Shown here one piece after another: positions 38,763 to 51,020 of a stretch of DNA of 64,000 nt (positions within the stretch are counted from its first letter, which is position 1; each line of letters opens with the position of its first letter). Location: NCBI RefSeq assembly GCF_018977255.1, contig NW_024704743.1, forward strand, positions 93,560,001 to 93,624,000, written 5' to 3'. The notes under the pieces are model-generated. The model was not told the DNA's origin. It searched no databases and saw only the letters and a list, made by a program, of their open reading frames with translations. The DNA comes from Callorhinchus milii. Its lineage: Eukaryota. Position numbers and translations under genes: made by a program.

Positions 38763-40924
38763 TAAATTAAATTGTATAACCATTTTTGGTGCCCGCTTTG
38801 TTTCACATAACAATTCCCAACTCTTGGAACGTTAGGGATTGCTTGTCTTTCAATAACAAGAAATGGGAATTTCCATTTTAGGTGGCATGTATGGAACTCT
38901 CAGTCTGGCTTGGATGCTCTTACGAAAGTAGTAAGTTTTCGCATGTGCCAGATACCTGGCTGACCAAATAAAAAAAATAAAGTAGTGAATCTAAGCTTTT
39001 TTTCTTTCTTAACGGGACTCACTTAATTTTGTGCAAAAACTTCCGAGCTCAAAATATGGCAAAATTAAATGGTCCGCAAAACATATAGCCTGTACAGTAT
39101 TTGCATAAAATAAGTAGATATCCCATTATTATTGATTCACATGCGGAAGATGGGTATTTAGAGAGTATGAGGAAAGAACAGGATATTGAGTTTCATATAG
39201 ATGGTTTCTTGGTGGAGCAAACACATTAAAAAATCAGCTAAATGGCCTTCTACTGTGTTGTACTTTCGAAATCTATAGATGATAGTAGGTATGTTGAAAT
39301 TTCTATGTCCCAACATCGAATGGATCAAGAAAGTATGTGGGGGAAGAATTCCACCTGAGCCTAGATTTACTTTATTTGGCATTTTGGAGTATGGAGATTT
39401 TTGACAAATTATTGACTTCAGTCTTAATTTTGAAGACAACATTCTATAGTCCTTAAACAAACTGACAGAATACTGGCTTCAAAATTAACAACAACAACTT
39501 GGATTTATATAGCGCTCTCCTCGCCGGACGGCATCTCAGAGCACTTCATAGTAACGGATCCCGGGGCCGAGCCAGGGGGAGGGGGAGGAAGGTGACCAAA
39601 GGCCCGGTCGAAAAGAAGTTTTCGAATTAAGACTATATTAAAGAATTTGCCAACTCAATCACATTTTTTTCAGTATTGTAGAGCAACATTTCTTAATAAG
39701 AGCGCCAAAGACTCGCAGACATCTGTAATAACCTCATGACCAGAAGATATCAGCGATTGCTTTAAATTGAGTGCCGTTACTGGCTCATGTGCTAATGAAC
39801 CATCATAATAACAAGAAATTGAGGTAGGTGGTCTGTAAATTCAAGAAACACTGTTGAGGAGGGGAGAGTCAGTAGAGCACTTATTAACATCATCAATCTG
39901 CTTGTCTTTTCTTATACTGATATTGTATGCCAACTTGTCTCTGCAGGCAATTCATATTGTACAGAGACTTTTGCTGTTGCTTGTGTTCAGTTTACTATTC
40001 ATCCTGGAACCCTTGCTGTTAGGGTATTGTATTGGGGTGAGAGCGATTAGATACAAACAGAAAATCTTTACATTTGGTGCAAAGAGTTCAGTCAGTCAAG
40101 TCCTTGAGCTCTGGCTGGCCCCAAAGACGACCTTTGAAACTAATTTTAACAGAGGTCAAAGTTTGTTCCACCTCCAGAATTAACAGTACGACATCAGTGA
40201 CAGGGACAGGGTATATAAACTCGTTAAATAAGAATAAAAATGTACTTAAAGATCAAATTGAGTACATCAGTTCAAAACTAATATACGTGTCAGCCTGGCT
40301 CAGTTGGAAGCACTCTCGCCTCTTAGGAGGCTGTGGGTTCAACAACAACAACTACAACAACTTGCATTTATATAGTGCCCCTCACCCAAAGAGCATCCCA
40401 TGTCAGAACTTTGAACTTATATAGTCTAGACTGACACTAGCACAGACCTGGAGTGTCTATATTGTGGGAGATGCTGTCCTTCAGATGAGATATTAAACCA
40501 AAGTCCAGTCAGAGATCTTAATAAGAATCCATTGTGGACTCTTACCCTCCTCAGACACAGAAACAAGAGGGATACCAACTGAGCTCAGGTTGCTTCTGGA
40601 TCTTTGCACCAATATCTTACTTACTTACTTATTTCTCAACTTTTTTCATGCCAGAGACCACCTCAGTTTCTTCTTAACATGGCAGTCCAATAGCAAATGA
40701 GCCGTTCACTTCACATGGATGTTCAATTGCTCTATTCAAAAAGAGAAAGGAGTTTCTACCGGTGTCCTGGTCAACAGTCTCCCAAATAATATTGGTCATT
40801 CACTTCACTGACTGTATGTAGCACATTGCTGCACGCAATGAATATGTAACACATCAGTTAGCTGCTACATTTATCATCACAAACTATCTTGTGACGTGGT
40901 CCTGATGTAAAAAGTGCTATATTA

Positions 40925-41298
40925 AATTATAATAATAATCCTTGCATTTGATATAGCGAATTATCACGTCTCTGAGACGTCTAAAAGCGCTTCACAGAAC
41001 ATACTGTTAAGTGAATTGACTATTTTGTGGGAAAACGCAGCAGTCAATTGTGCACAGCAGTATCCCACAAACAGTCGTGGATTGAGTGACCAAATTATAA
41101 TCATTAGATTTTTTGAAGGGATTATTACCCTCGAAAAAGCGATCTGCCAATCGACTAACAACTGAGGTCCTACTTACTGCTAGGTAAACAGACGTTTGTG
41201 GACAAAGGAAACTTGCCGAACATTTTGCTCTGCCAGGAATCAAACCCAGGTCCTTTCGCTTGTGAGGCAAGTGCTCTAACCACTGAGCTACAGGACTC
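40925..41298 (-). mobile_element. Deu SINE, older subfamily, full length
   Basis: Reverse-complement head, core and tail. Confidence 0.88.
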
Positions 41299-41849
41299 AA
41301 CAAATGTAAGAATGTAAGAATTATTTTTTATTATTGAAAGTCACATAACAATAATAAAAATAAAAGAAGGCAACAAACTGGAAATCGAAAGAGAAATCAT
41401 AGATCACTTTACACAACAGAATGGGCACAGGGGGAGTTGTACACCCAACCTATCATTTCAGTATGAAGGACACCAAATTTAGCAGAAAGTATGTCTAAAG
41501 AATGAGGTAGGAACCATTTTTTAAACCAAACCAGAAAACTGTCCAAGGCACTACATCTTGAAAACTGTCCAAGGTACTGACCATAGGCACGGTCAAATAG
41601 GAAGGTCTTCAGGCGCGACCTGAATTGGGGCAAGGTGGAGAGATAGCAGAAGAGTGGTCCAGAGTTTGGGGGCGCAGTAGCTGAAAGGATTGTAATAATC
41701 CTTACAATTGATAAGGTGGCTTTCGCCTCAAGAGGATGTCTCAAAGCACATCACAGGATTCTATTGTAAAGTGTAGTGACTGTTTTTTGCAGGCAGACAT
41801 GGCAGCTAATATCTACAAAGTAGTGTCCTACACTTCACTTCAGTTATCA

Positions 41850-42280
41850 GGAGAGGCTGGAGAAGCTAGGATTATTCTCCTTGGAGCAGAGAAGGTTAAG
41901 AGGAGACTTAATAGAAGTTTTTAAAATTATGAGGGGATTCGATAGGGTGAACAAGGAAAAAGTATTTCCCCTGACAGGTGGGTCGGTAACCCGAGGACAC
42001 TGATTTAAAATAGTTGTTAAAAGAAACAAAGAGGAGGTGAAAAGAATTTTTTTCACACAGCAAGTTGTTCGGATTTGTAATGCATTGATGAAATGGTGGT
42101 GGAAGCCAATTTGATAACAACTTTTAAGAGAGAAGTAGATAATTTTGGGGGGAGGACAAGTTTGCAGGGCTATGGGGAGAGAGCATGGGAGTAGGGTTGA
42201 ATTGGATATCTCTTTTCAAAGAGCCAGCACAGACCTGATGGGCCGAATATCCTCCTTGCTGTATAATTCTATGATTCTAC
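41850..42280 (+). mobile_element. CR1 LINE 3' fragment
   Basis: LGLFSLEQRRLRGDLIEVFKIMRGFDRV...; tail GATGGGCCGAAT..CCTCCTT..TGTA..ATTCTATGATTCT. Confidence 0.88.
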
Positions 42281-43730
42281 AAACACCTACCAAGTGAATG
42301 GCCAATTTTTATCTGTATATTTTTACATGTACCCATACAATCCTATGGATCCTATTCCCATCAACACACCAATTTGAGTTTGTATACTCCTTTCACACAA
42401 AATAAACATCTCAAAGAACTTGACAGGTATGATGAACAAGGAAAAGGGAAACGTAAGGATGTTGACCAAAAGGATAATCAGAGAAATATGGTTTAAGGTT
42501 TTTAAAGTTTCAGAGGCCAGGGTTTAATGGCTGCATTGGTGGGATAAAATGTGTGCAGAGCAGGCTATTGTGCTACACTCATTCTTTTGACGGAGCAAAT
42601 CTACCTGCAATCATTTCTGTATGTTTTGGAGCCATGAACTAAAGGTTGTAACGTGATTCCGTTATAAAAATGCACATACAGCAAAATTTTTAATTGCTTG
42701 GAATTCCCAAGAAGTGCTCTGAGGTTTTACTGTGCACGTATTGTGTTCAATACATACTTAAGATTATGAGCTCCTATGTTCAGGCAAACCTTTTGAAATC
42801 AATGCCCTCCTCACATTATTAGATGGATTGTTGAGCAAATTCCACTTTGTGCCACATTGGCTTGGACTCTGCTGAGTGGTTTGAGCCGATGTAGCTCATG
42901 ATGTTCACGATGATTTGAGTTTGCACTGGCTCTATTGACTTGTCAACAAACATATTGACAACAGAAGAGGTGGGGATGGCTCCACTAATCAAATTGTAAC
43001 AAAATAAGCCACCACAATACTGAGAACATAAGTGGTAGAGGAGAATGCAGAGTCCATGTTATAGGGTCCAATGGACACTAGAGCTTCAAACAGATGGATT
43101 AATACTATAGTCACATCCTAGATCCATCCTAGTGTAAGTCAAAGTCTTACATGTGGGTAAGCAGTCAGAGGCAACAACAACTTGCATTTATTTTAGTGCT
43201 CTTCATGTGGGACAAGAGAATTTCATAAAGACGGTGTTGGGTACTGAGCGAGGCAGAAAGAGGAGGTTGAAGGGAAAAGGTTGTAGGCAAGATTTAAAGA
43301 TTTAGAGGGTGGGTGGAGTTCCAGAGGGTTAGGGGTGTAGTATCTGAGAAGACACTCTTGAACACTTCGAAAAGATTGCCACTGAAACTATTCTTTTTCA
43401 GTGTAAGCATTTCCAACTTTCATAACACTTTGCCATCAAGTGAGTGCACACATTGTGAAGAAAATTCTCCACCTGCACAAAAGATCTATCCTTTCCAAGC
43501 AATTCTAACAATAAGGTGAGAACACATCCACAAATATGATTTGGGAAGCTTGGGGTTCAGGCATTTCAAGGAGATGGTTTTGTGTCGAAACAGACAAAGT
43601 GATTTGGTCTCTGAGCAGATGAATTGTTCTTGTCTCAAAGTAGCTTTTCTTAAAAATGGCTTCCTACAGAAGCTGTGAGATCGAAGAAAGATTAACATCC
43701 TCATAGATTGTCAAGATCTAGCAAATCTAA

Positions 43731-44198
43731 ACAACAACAAATTACATTTGTATAGAGCCTTTCACATCAGGAGGACGTCCCAAGCTGCTGGACAGTCAGG
43801 GATCCGTATACGAGCTTGTGGTTGGGATCAGGAGGAGTAGAGATCGGGGAGCGTAGGGGTAGGAGGGTGACCAAAAACGGTCGAAGAGGAGGGTTTTGAG
43901 ATGGGTCTTGGAGGAGGCAAGTGAGGGGTGAGTTGGAGGGACTGTGGAGTTCTAGAGGGTGGGGCAGAGAGGCTGAAGGCCCGCCCGCCAATGGTGGAGT
44001 GGGCAAGGCGGGGGACGTCTCAAGACCCTCCTCTTCGACTGTGCCTTCGGCCATCCTCCTACCTTTCCTGCCCTCCACCCCATCCACGTCCCCCCTGACC
44101 CCAACTCCTAGCTCGGGTCGAAATCCCTGACTGTCCAGTGCCTTGGGATGTCCTCCTGATGTGAAAGCCGCCATACAAGTATAAACTGTTGTTGTTGT
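43731..44198. mobile_element. Two L2 3' ends joined head to head (minus 43731-~44015, plus ~44019-44198)
   Basis: (CAA)n tail on the left, (TTG)n tail on the right, each followed or preceded by L2 3' UTR sequence. Confidence 0.8.
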
Positions 44199-45099
44199 TC
44201 TCCCATCGTCATAACATGTCTGCCTGCTCGCTGAACGGAATAAATGTCACAGAAGTTAGTATGCATAGCTGACTCTCTCGTGCTTGCAGTGCTGAGAATG
44301 TGTGGCATTATCAGAGGTCCTTTCAATGGATGAGACTTTGAACTGAGGTCCTGTTTGTCTGTTTCGGTGGATGTCAAAAATCCTACAACTCTTTTCAAAA
44401 AGAGAAGGGCACGTGTCGTCAACAAGTTTCTCAAATAAAATTGGTTATTTGTTTTCATGGCTGTTTGTGGTCTATTGCTGTGTGCAATTGGGCTGCCACG
44501 TTTGCCTACGAATCCATATCCATTCCATGTTACAATAAACCCCGTGAGGTGCTTTCACACATCCTCCCGATGTGAAAGGTGCTATACCAAATGCAAGTTG
44601 CTAAACTGAATTGTTTGTGCCAACAATTAACAGCTGTAATTTTTCAAAAATTAAAATGAAAGCAATCTAATAACAATGGAACTCATAAAGTAAGGCTGGT
44701 CCCCATTTTTAAGATGCTAAACTGTACTATCTTATAAAAGGGGATAAAAGGCAAAATATTGCTTGTATTTTTGCTCTATTTTACACACACTGTCATTTGC
44801 TCAACCAATTCTTGTAATTTTTTTCCCCTTAAAAAGCTTAGGCAGGTTACTGAGTCCCAGAACTCCACAGGTTTTGTGCTCAGCCAGCACTGAACAGAAC
44901 CAGCCAAAACTTGTGTGAACTCCAGGGAAATGCTGTCCTGCTGTCCTGGGTTTGGCTCAAGTCCCACAACCTGATCTTTCTGGTCTGAACTGGTTGTTCC
45001 CCTTCATTGCCAACTGGCTGTGAGCCACGTATGTGTGTCAACGTGCAGCAGAGCACAAGTTACAATGAGTAATGCACAAGTGGACAGACAGCCTGTGCT

Positions 45100-45106
45100 T
45101 ATAAAA
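45100..45106 (+). promoter_or_regulatory. TATA box of PPDPFL
   Basis: TATAAAA (cttataaaagccc) about 30 nt before a short putative non-coding exon that ends at AAGT|gtgagt (45182). The next acceptor is ttttctag| at 45344. Confidence 0.65.
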
Positions 45107-45400
45107 GCCCAGCACTGAGTGCAGAGCTCAGAGAGGGGGAAGCAGTTTGTGGAGTTATCTCTCATACAGTCTTTAAACAAGTGTGAGTATAGCAATTGCA
45201 GCCCAGTTTATTGGGAATTTTTTTTTGGGGGGGAGGTGATTTAAAAGTTTTCATTCATTAATTCAACAATGCTTTGCAAATGGTTTGTGTTTCTTATTTT
45301 AATACTTCTTTTATCTCTCCTCCTCTTTCTCTTGTGTTTTCTAGGATAGTTTAGTCTATTGGTTGGATCCACCCTTGGCTCAGTCTCATCTCCCATCAGC

Positions 45401-45458
45401 ATGGCATCTGTCCCTTCGGCTGGCTGCCTGCTTGCTGCCCGGAATCAATACCACAGAA
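45401..45458 (+). CDS. PPDPFL: PPDPFL coding exon 1
   Basis: CAGCATGG start; AGAA|gttagt. Confidence 0.9.
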
Positions 45459-47583
45459 GTTAGTATTAAAACTTTTTGCGACTTGTATTGAGTTGGCAAA
45501 CAGTCCCCTCTGAACAAAGATTTAACTGTGGGGTTAACATTTTGATTACTGGGATTCCTGAATTTACTTGTTTTTTTTATATTAAATATAAAAATGACAT
45601 TTTAAATAAATATTAAACTAGAGTTATTCCCCCAGCTATGCTACAGAAATGTGTATTAAATTGACCCAAACTTTAACCTTGTGAGGTCCAGTGTGGGAGC
45701 TAGGCTTCTGACTCAGGGAATGGTTGGGAGATCACCTGGGTTATGTCTTCTGTCTGTTGTGCTGACTGACCATCAGTAAAGGTGTTAATCCCAGCCTGAC
45801 TGCAACAGCTGCAATTATCCAACCTTTAAACTTAAAACGAAGCTTCACATAAGCCCCTAAATGTGAGCTTTGCCTCTCCTCCCTGGTATTTCGAAGACTT
45901 TTTAAGTATGGGAGTTGGGATTCAAGCACTGTGGTGGCAGGAGAACATTAAGTGTGTTGTTGATTCTTGACCAGGACTGCTTTTTTTTTCTACCTCTTGT
46001 CACATTACCTGCTTCCATCTGTACCTCACACCCAATGCAGCTGAGTCCCTCGTCCATGCCTTCGTAGCTTCCTGGCTGGAGTATTTCTAATGCTCTCCTC
46101 GCTGGTCTCCCCAGCTCCACCTTACATAAAACCCAATTAATTCCATAACTCTGCTGTCTGGATACTTACCTGCACAAAACTCTGTACCCCATCACACCAG
46201 TCTTTCCCAGGCTCCACTGGCTCCCAATTACCGAACGGATCAATTTCAAGATCCTCTCACTTGTTTTCAAATCCCTTCATGCCCTCACACCTCCTTACCT
46301 ATCCGTTCTGCTTACCCCCAACTCCACCAGGCACCGCCTCCGCTCCACCTTCAGCCACTCTGTCCTGAAACTCTCCCTCAATCCCTCTGCCTTGCCCCCA
46401 GCCTCCCCATCTTCAAAAGACTTTTGATCGGGCTTACAATCACCTCCCTCTCCCCCAGCTCAGCGTCAGACTCCACCAGTGTCAAGCGCTCTGGGAAGCT
46501 ACCCCATGTGAAGGGCGCTATATAAATGCAAGTTGTTGTTGCTTCCTCCATTGAATCCTAATCCCTATTTTTTTCTTCTTTCCCCCCCACCCCCACCATC
46601 CTCTACACCCTTCTTTTGCATGCGACTAGTAATGATACATTTCTTGTCAAGTTTAGTTATGTTTTATTTCTGGTTTGGTTCTAGACCGGCGCAATTCCAC
46701 ATCAAGTGTGTCTTCAAATGGTTCCTGCTGCATGGAGAATGCCCCGGAACATGAAAAGCCCCAGCAAGGTAAAAGATGTTGGCCTTGATGCTGAATAGGT
46801 TGTGCTTTTTCTTCACTTTCTCTTCAGTACAAAAATCTATATCCTGTTTTTATTTTTAGGTTTTCTTCTTACAGTGGAGAAGTGCTGGTGGTTAAAGAAC
46901 TTTCTTAATTGTGAGCTTCTTCATCACCCTGCAAATACTGAGCTATCTGCTGGGAGGTAAGACTTGTTGCTGAATATTTTAAGAAAGACTGGTATCCACA
47001 TGGCTTTACTAGTGCAAAACACTTGCCTTCTCTGTTGGTTAGAGCTTGAGAGTATAGAGATGGGATTTGTCTGCCTTTTCCCAGCTTCATTACTGAGCCA
47101 GGCCCATTACAACCAGTTCAACCCAAGTATAATGCTATTTGCCAACTGATGCAATATATTTTTATATATAGCATATTTCACTTGTGACCAGACTGGGTGA
47201 GGGAAGGGGAAAGATGACTGAAAACACGGTCAAAACAAACTAGCAAAAAGAGAGTTACTACATGTGTGTCTATATGTAAAGTCCATTTCAGATGTTTTAA
47301 CATGACAAGTTTTTGGTAAGTAAAAGCTAATTTACTTTTTTAGATTATTCAACTCTGATAACTTTTTTTAGATTTCTATGTAGAAAACCAAGTTCTTGCC
47401 ACAGTCATTTATTCGTCAGTTTTTTTTTCTGCCAGAAACTTCAAAATAATTGACAGTGGAGGTTTGGTGTATCTTGACTGAGGTTATAAAAAAATATGTA
47501 AAACTACTGTTTCTTAACAAAAGGTATTTAAGAGGCTGAGATTTTAACTAGTCTTTATTTCTTTTGACAGTGCTCATCGTTGA
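45401..47583 (+). CDS. PPDPFL: Pancreatic progenitor cell differentiation and proliferation factor-like protein, 4 coding exons, 83 aa
   Basis: join(45401-45458, 46685-46768, 46860-46956, 47571-47583) = 252 nt: MASVPSAGCLLAARNQYHRNRRNSTSSVSSNGSCCMENAPEHEKPQQGFLLTVEKCWWLKNFLNCELLHHPANTELSAGSAHR*. Matches recalled PPDPFL/C8orf22 motifs (MASVPS.GCLLA.NQY.R, KPQQG, WW.K.F, LSA). All introns GT-AG. Confidence 0.9.
46020..46540 (+). mobile_element. Older L2 3' fragment in a PPDPFL intron
   Basis: LHWLPITERINFKIL-type sequence with an L2 tail and (TTG)n. Confidence 0.8.
46685..46768 (+). CDS. PPDPFL: PPDPFL coding exon 2
   Basis: ttctag| ...KPQQ G|gtaaaa. Confidence 0.88.
46860..46956 (+). CDS. 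PPDPFL: PPDPFL coding exon 3 (WW motif)
   Basis: tttttag| ... AG|gtaaga; an alternative in-frame acceptor gives a start at 46875. Confidence 0.88.
47571..47583 (+). CDS. PPDPFL: PPDPFL final coding exon (SAHR*)
   Basis: Strong pyrimidine tract ctttatttcttttgacag|, then T GCT CAT CGT TGA. Confidence 0.7.
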
Positions 47584-47782
47584 TCAAAGTTGTGTTTGGA
47601 CAATATTTCCAGGAAACTGAGTTGTAAGCCACTGGTGCTGAGCCAGAGTAGGTCACAATTTCCATCCATGGACTGGGAATAACTCTAGGAATTGGTTGAA
47701 GTTTACAATGTTGGAACCATGATCTTCTGTAAATGAATCTACTTCACCTCTGACCAGCAAGTGATGTTTCCAATCAGCATTA

Positions 47783-48100
47783 TGGAGTCCTGTAGCTCAA
47801 TGGTTAGAACACTCACCTCGCAAGCAAGAGACCTGGGTTCGATTCCCGGCAGGACGAAACCTTGGGCAAGTTTCCTTACTCCATATGCCTGATAATAATC
47901 TCTCAAGAAAAAGAACAATAATAAATTGGTCACTTCCAACTTCAATCCACGACAGTTTGTGGAACACTGCTGTGTGCAATTGGCTGTTGCATTTCACCCA
48001 CAAATATACAGTCAATTCACTTTACAGTGTATTCTGTAAAGTGCTTTGAGATATCTAGAAGACATGAAAAGTGCTATATCAAATGCAAGGATTATTATTT
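47783..48100 (+). mobile_element. Deu SINE in the probable PPDPFL 3' UTR
   Basis: Head, core and tail present. Confidence 0.88.
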
Positions 48101-48229
48101 ATTGTTATGATGTACTTCATTGATCTGCTCATCCAAATAAATTGCTGAAAAGTGCCGTAATTACTTCAAAACCACTGAATCTTTAAGTGTGTGGTGGGCA
48201 AAAAGGAAAATGGAGAGAAATATATCTAT

Positions 48230-48538
48230 GTGGAGTCCTGTAGCTCAGTGGTTAGAGCACTCGCTTTGCAAGCGAGAGACCTGAATTCAATTCCAGGCAG
48301 GGTGAAACCTTGGGCAAGTTTCCTTACTCCACACGCCTAATAATAATCCCTCCAAAAACAATAAAAATTGGTCATTTTCACTCTATGACTGTTTGTGGGA
48401 CATTGCTGTGCACAATTGGCTGCTGCGTTCACCCACAAATATACAGTCAATTCACTTTACAGTGTGTTCTGTGAAGCGCTTTGGGACGTCCTCCCGACGT
48501 GAAAAGCGCTATAGCAAATACAAGGATTATTATTATTA
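48230..48538 (+). mobile_element. Young Deu SINE in the probable PPDPFL 3' UTR
   Basis: Nearly identical to 832-1163. Confidence 0.9.
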
Positions 48539-49183
48539 TGCTGCCTTTGATTTATACATGGATATGTTATGTAGTGCAGAGCCAATGTTCTGACTACAGA
48601 ATTAAATAAGATGAATGTATAGTGATGTTTTGAACTTAATTCAGTTTGGCTAGTTAGACTAATTGTGATTCCTCTTTACTTGACCGTTCATTGTTATAAG
48701 AATAATCCTTGCATTTGATATAGCACCTTATTGCATTGAGATATCTCAAAGCTTATCACAGAATGCATTGTAAAATTAATTTAAATCCAATGCTGACCTT
48801 ATTTCTAAATTACCAAGTTAAACACCTGCATTGACCTAAGGGCAATTCAAGTTTATTTTGTTAGAACCGTGTGTTGAGTTTCATTGCAATATATAGCCCT
48901 GTGATGTAATTTGAAGTACTGTGAAGCTTATGACCAAGTGTTCATTTTCTGCTATGCCTTGAACTTTTAGTCCATGAGTAAGCATTGCTAAAGGCTGAAC
49001 CAGTGTTGTTTTGGCCCCATTTTAATTTTTTCTGGAATGTATTACTGGCATTTGTTATTGGGACATGCCATTGATGTTACCGTTGGCAAAATGAGGATAT
49101 TTTTACCTCTTGCTTTTTTTTTTGCATTGAATTTTTTAAACAAATCTTTTGCACAAGGGTGTGCAGATCAATTTTTATACTTT

Positions 49184-49189
49184 AATAAA
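49184..49189 (+). terminator. Candidate PPDPFL polyadenylation signal
   Basis: AATAAA followed by GT/T-rich sequence. Confidence 0.4.
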
Positions 49190-49235
49190 ATGTGTTTTTT
49201 ACAAACTTCTGTTTGAGTTTTTCCTCAAATACCTA

Positions 49236-51020
49236 TTGACTCCTGTCAGCACTTCCTCACTTCCGGCCCTGACAGCATCACCGTCCATGGTTGCACATAC
49301 CACCTTGCTAAGACAGTCTGGAATCTTGGGGTCTTGTTTGACTCTCACTATTCTTTCTACCCCACATCTATATAATAATAATCCTTGCATTTGATATAAA
49401 GCTTTTCACATCCTCCAGATGTCTCAAAGCACTTCACAGAATATACTGTACAGTGAATTGACTATCTGTGGGCAAAATGCGGCAGCCAAATTGCACACAG
49501 CAGTTTCCCACAAACAGTCATGGATTGAAGTGATCAATTTATTATTGGATTTTTTTTTTCTTGATGGATTATTATTAGGCGTGTGGAGTAATGAAACCTG
49601 CCCACGGGTTTGCCCTGCTGGGAATCAAACCCAGGTCTCTCGCTTAACAGGTGAGTGCTCAACCACTGAGCTACAGGACTCCACAACAAATAGTCAAAAT
49701 GGATTTATGAAAGGAAGGTCACCAACCTTTCTTGGGATTCTAGTGATCATTAAGGTGGACAGTTCCTATTATCTCAGGATACAGTATATAGTTTAGGACA
49801 CATGTCAAGCGACTGCCAAGATGGTGGAAGGAGAACTAGATGGACCTTGGTCTTGTTTCACCTAGCAAATTCTTATGATTCAGATTCACAAGACTAAAGG
49901 AGCAGCACTGGTGGACAAGACTGTAAAATAGCCACTACACTTCACATTGAATCCTGTGAAGCACTTTTGAGACGTCCTCCTGAAGTGAAAGACACTATCA
50001 CATGGAAATATTATTTTAATAGTAGTATTAGTATTAGATCTTTATTAGATTAAAGCTTTTCTCTCTCAAGATGAGACGATTGACAAGGGATCTGATAGAG
50101 GTGATTAAGATTATGAAAGGAGTCATTGAGTTGGACATACATAGTCTCATTCCATTTTTTTTTGGTGAGTTCAGAACAGAGGGGCATAAATAGAACATAG
50201 CGCAAAAAATTTAAAAGGGAATTTAGGAGGAACTTTCCCCAGCAGGAGGTGTAGATGTGGAAACATTGCTGGAAGCTGTAGTTAAAGCAGAGAGCATAAT
50301 GTATGTTAAGAGGAAACTTAGTACATACATGAGGAAGAAGGGTATTGAGGAATATGAGAGAAAGATTAGGTGGGATAGAGGTTCACGTGGAGTATAAATA
50401 CCAACACCAGTCTATCTGCGCCATGATTCGCGCTGCCTTCCTCCACAACATCGTCCAGGTCTGCCACTGTCTCACACCGCAGGCTACCAAAACCCTCATA
50501 CATACTTTCATTACATTGAGGCTCCACTATGCAAACTCATTCCTTGTCAGCCTACTCCCTCCGCGGGCTGCAGATCATCCAGAACTCTGCAGCCCGTGTC
50601 CTCTCCCGCACTATGCTCCGTGACCCTATCACCCCCATCCTTGCCCAATTCCACTGGTTTTCCATCACACAGAGGATACAGTTCAAGATCCTGGCCTCAA
50701 CTTCAAAGCCCTCCATGGCCTTGCTACCCCCTACTTCTGCGACCTCCTAAACCCCTACCACCCTGTTCGCCTGCTTCACATCCCCCACCTCGCTCCCCCA
50801 CTATTGGTGGGCAGGCCTTCTGCCACTCTGCCCCCACCCTCTGGAACTCCATCCCACAGTCCCTCCGCCTCGTTCCCTCCCTTGCCACCTTCAAGACCCT
50901 CCTCTTCAACCATGCTTTCGATCTCCCTGCTTCCCCCACCACCACCCACCCCACCCCGACCCCCAGCTCGGGTCCTTAACTCTGTCCAGCACCTTGGGAC
51001 GTCCTCCTGATGTGAAAGGC
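49236..51020 (+). mobile_element. L2 copy split by nested insertions (L2 49236-49370 and ~50413-51020; minus SINE 49373-49684; CR1 ~50060-50410)
   Basis: The two L2 pieces are contiguous in the intact copy at about 30270-31075. Confidence 0.8.

Noticed and set aside
39854..40424. Hydrophobic ORFs between the kinase and PPDPFL
   Set aside because: Non-ATG starts, no family resemblance, and the second runs into a SINE remnant.
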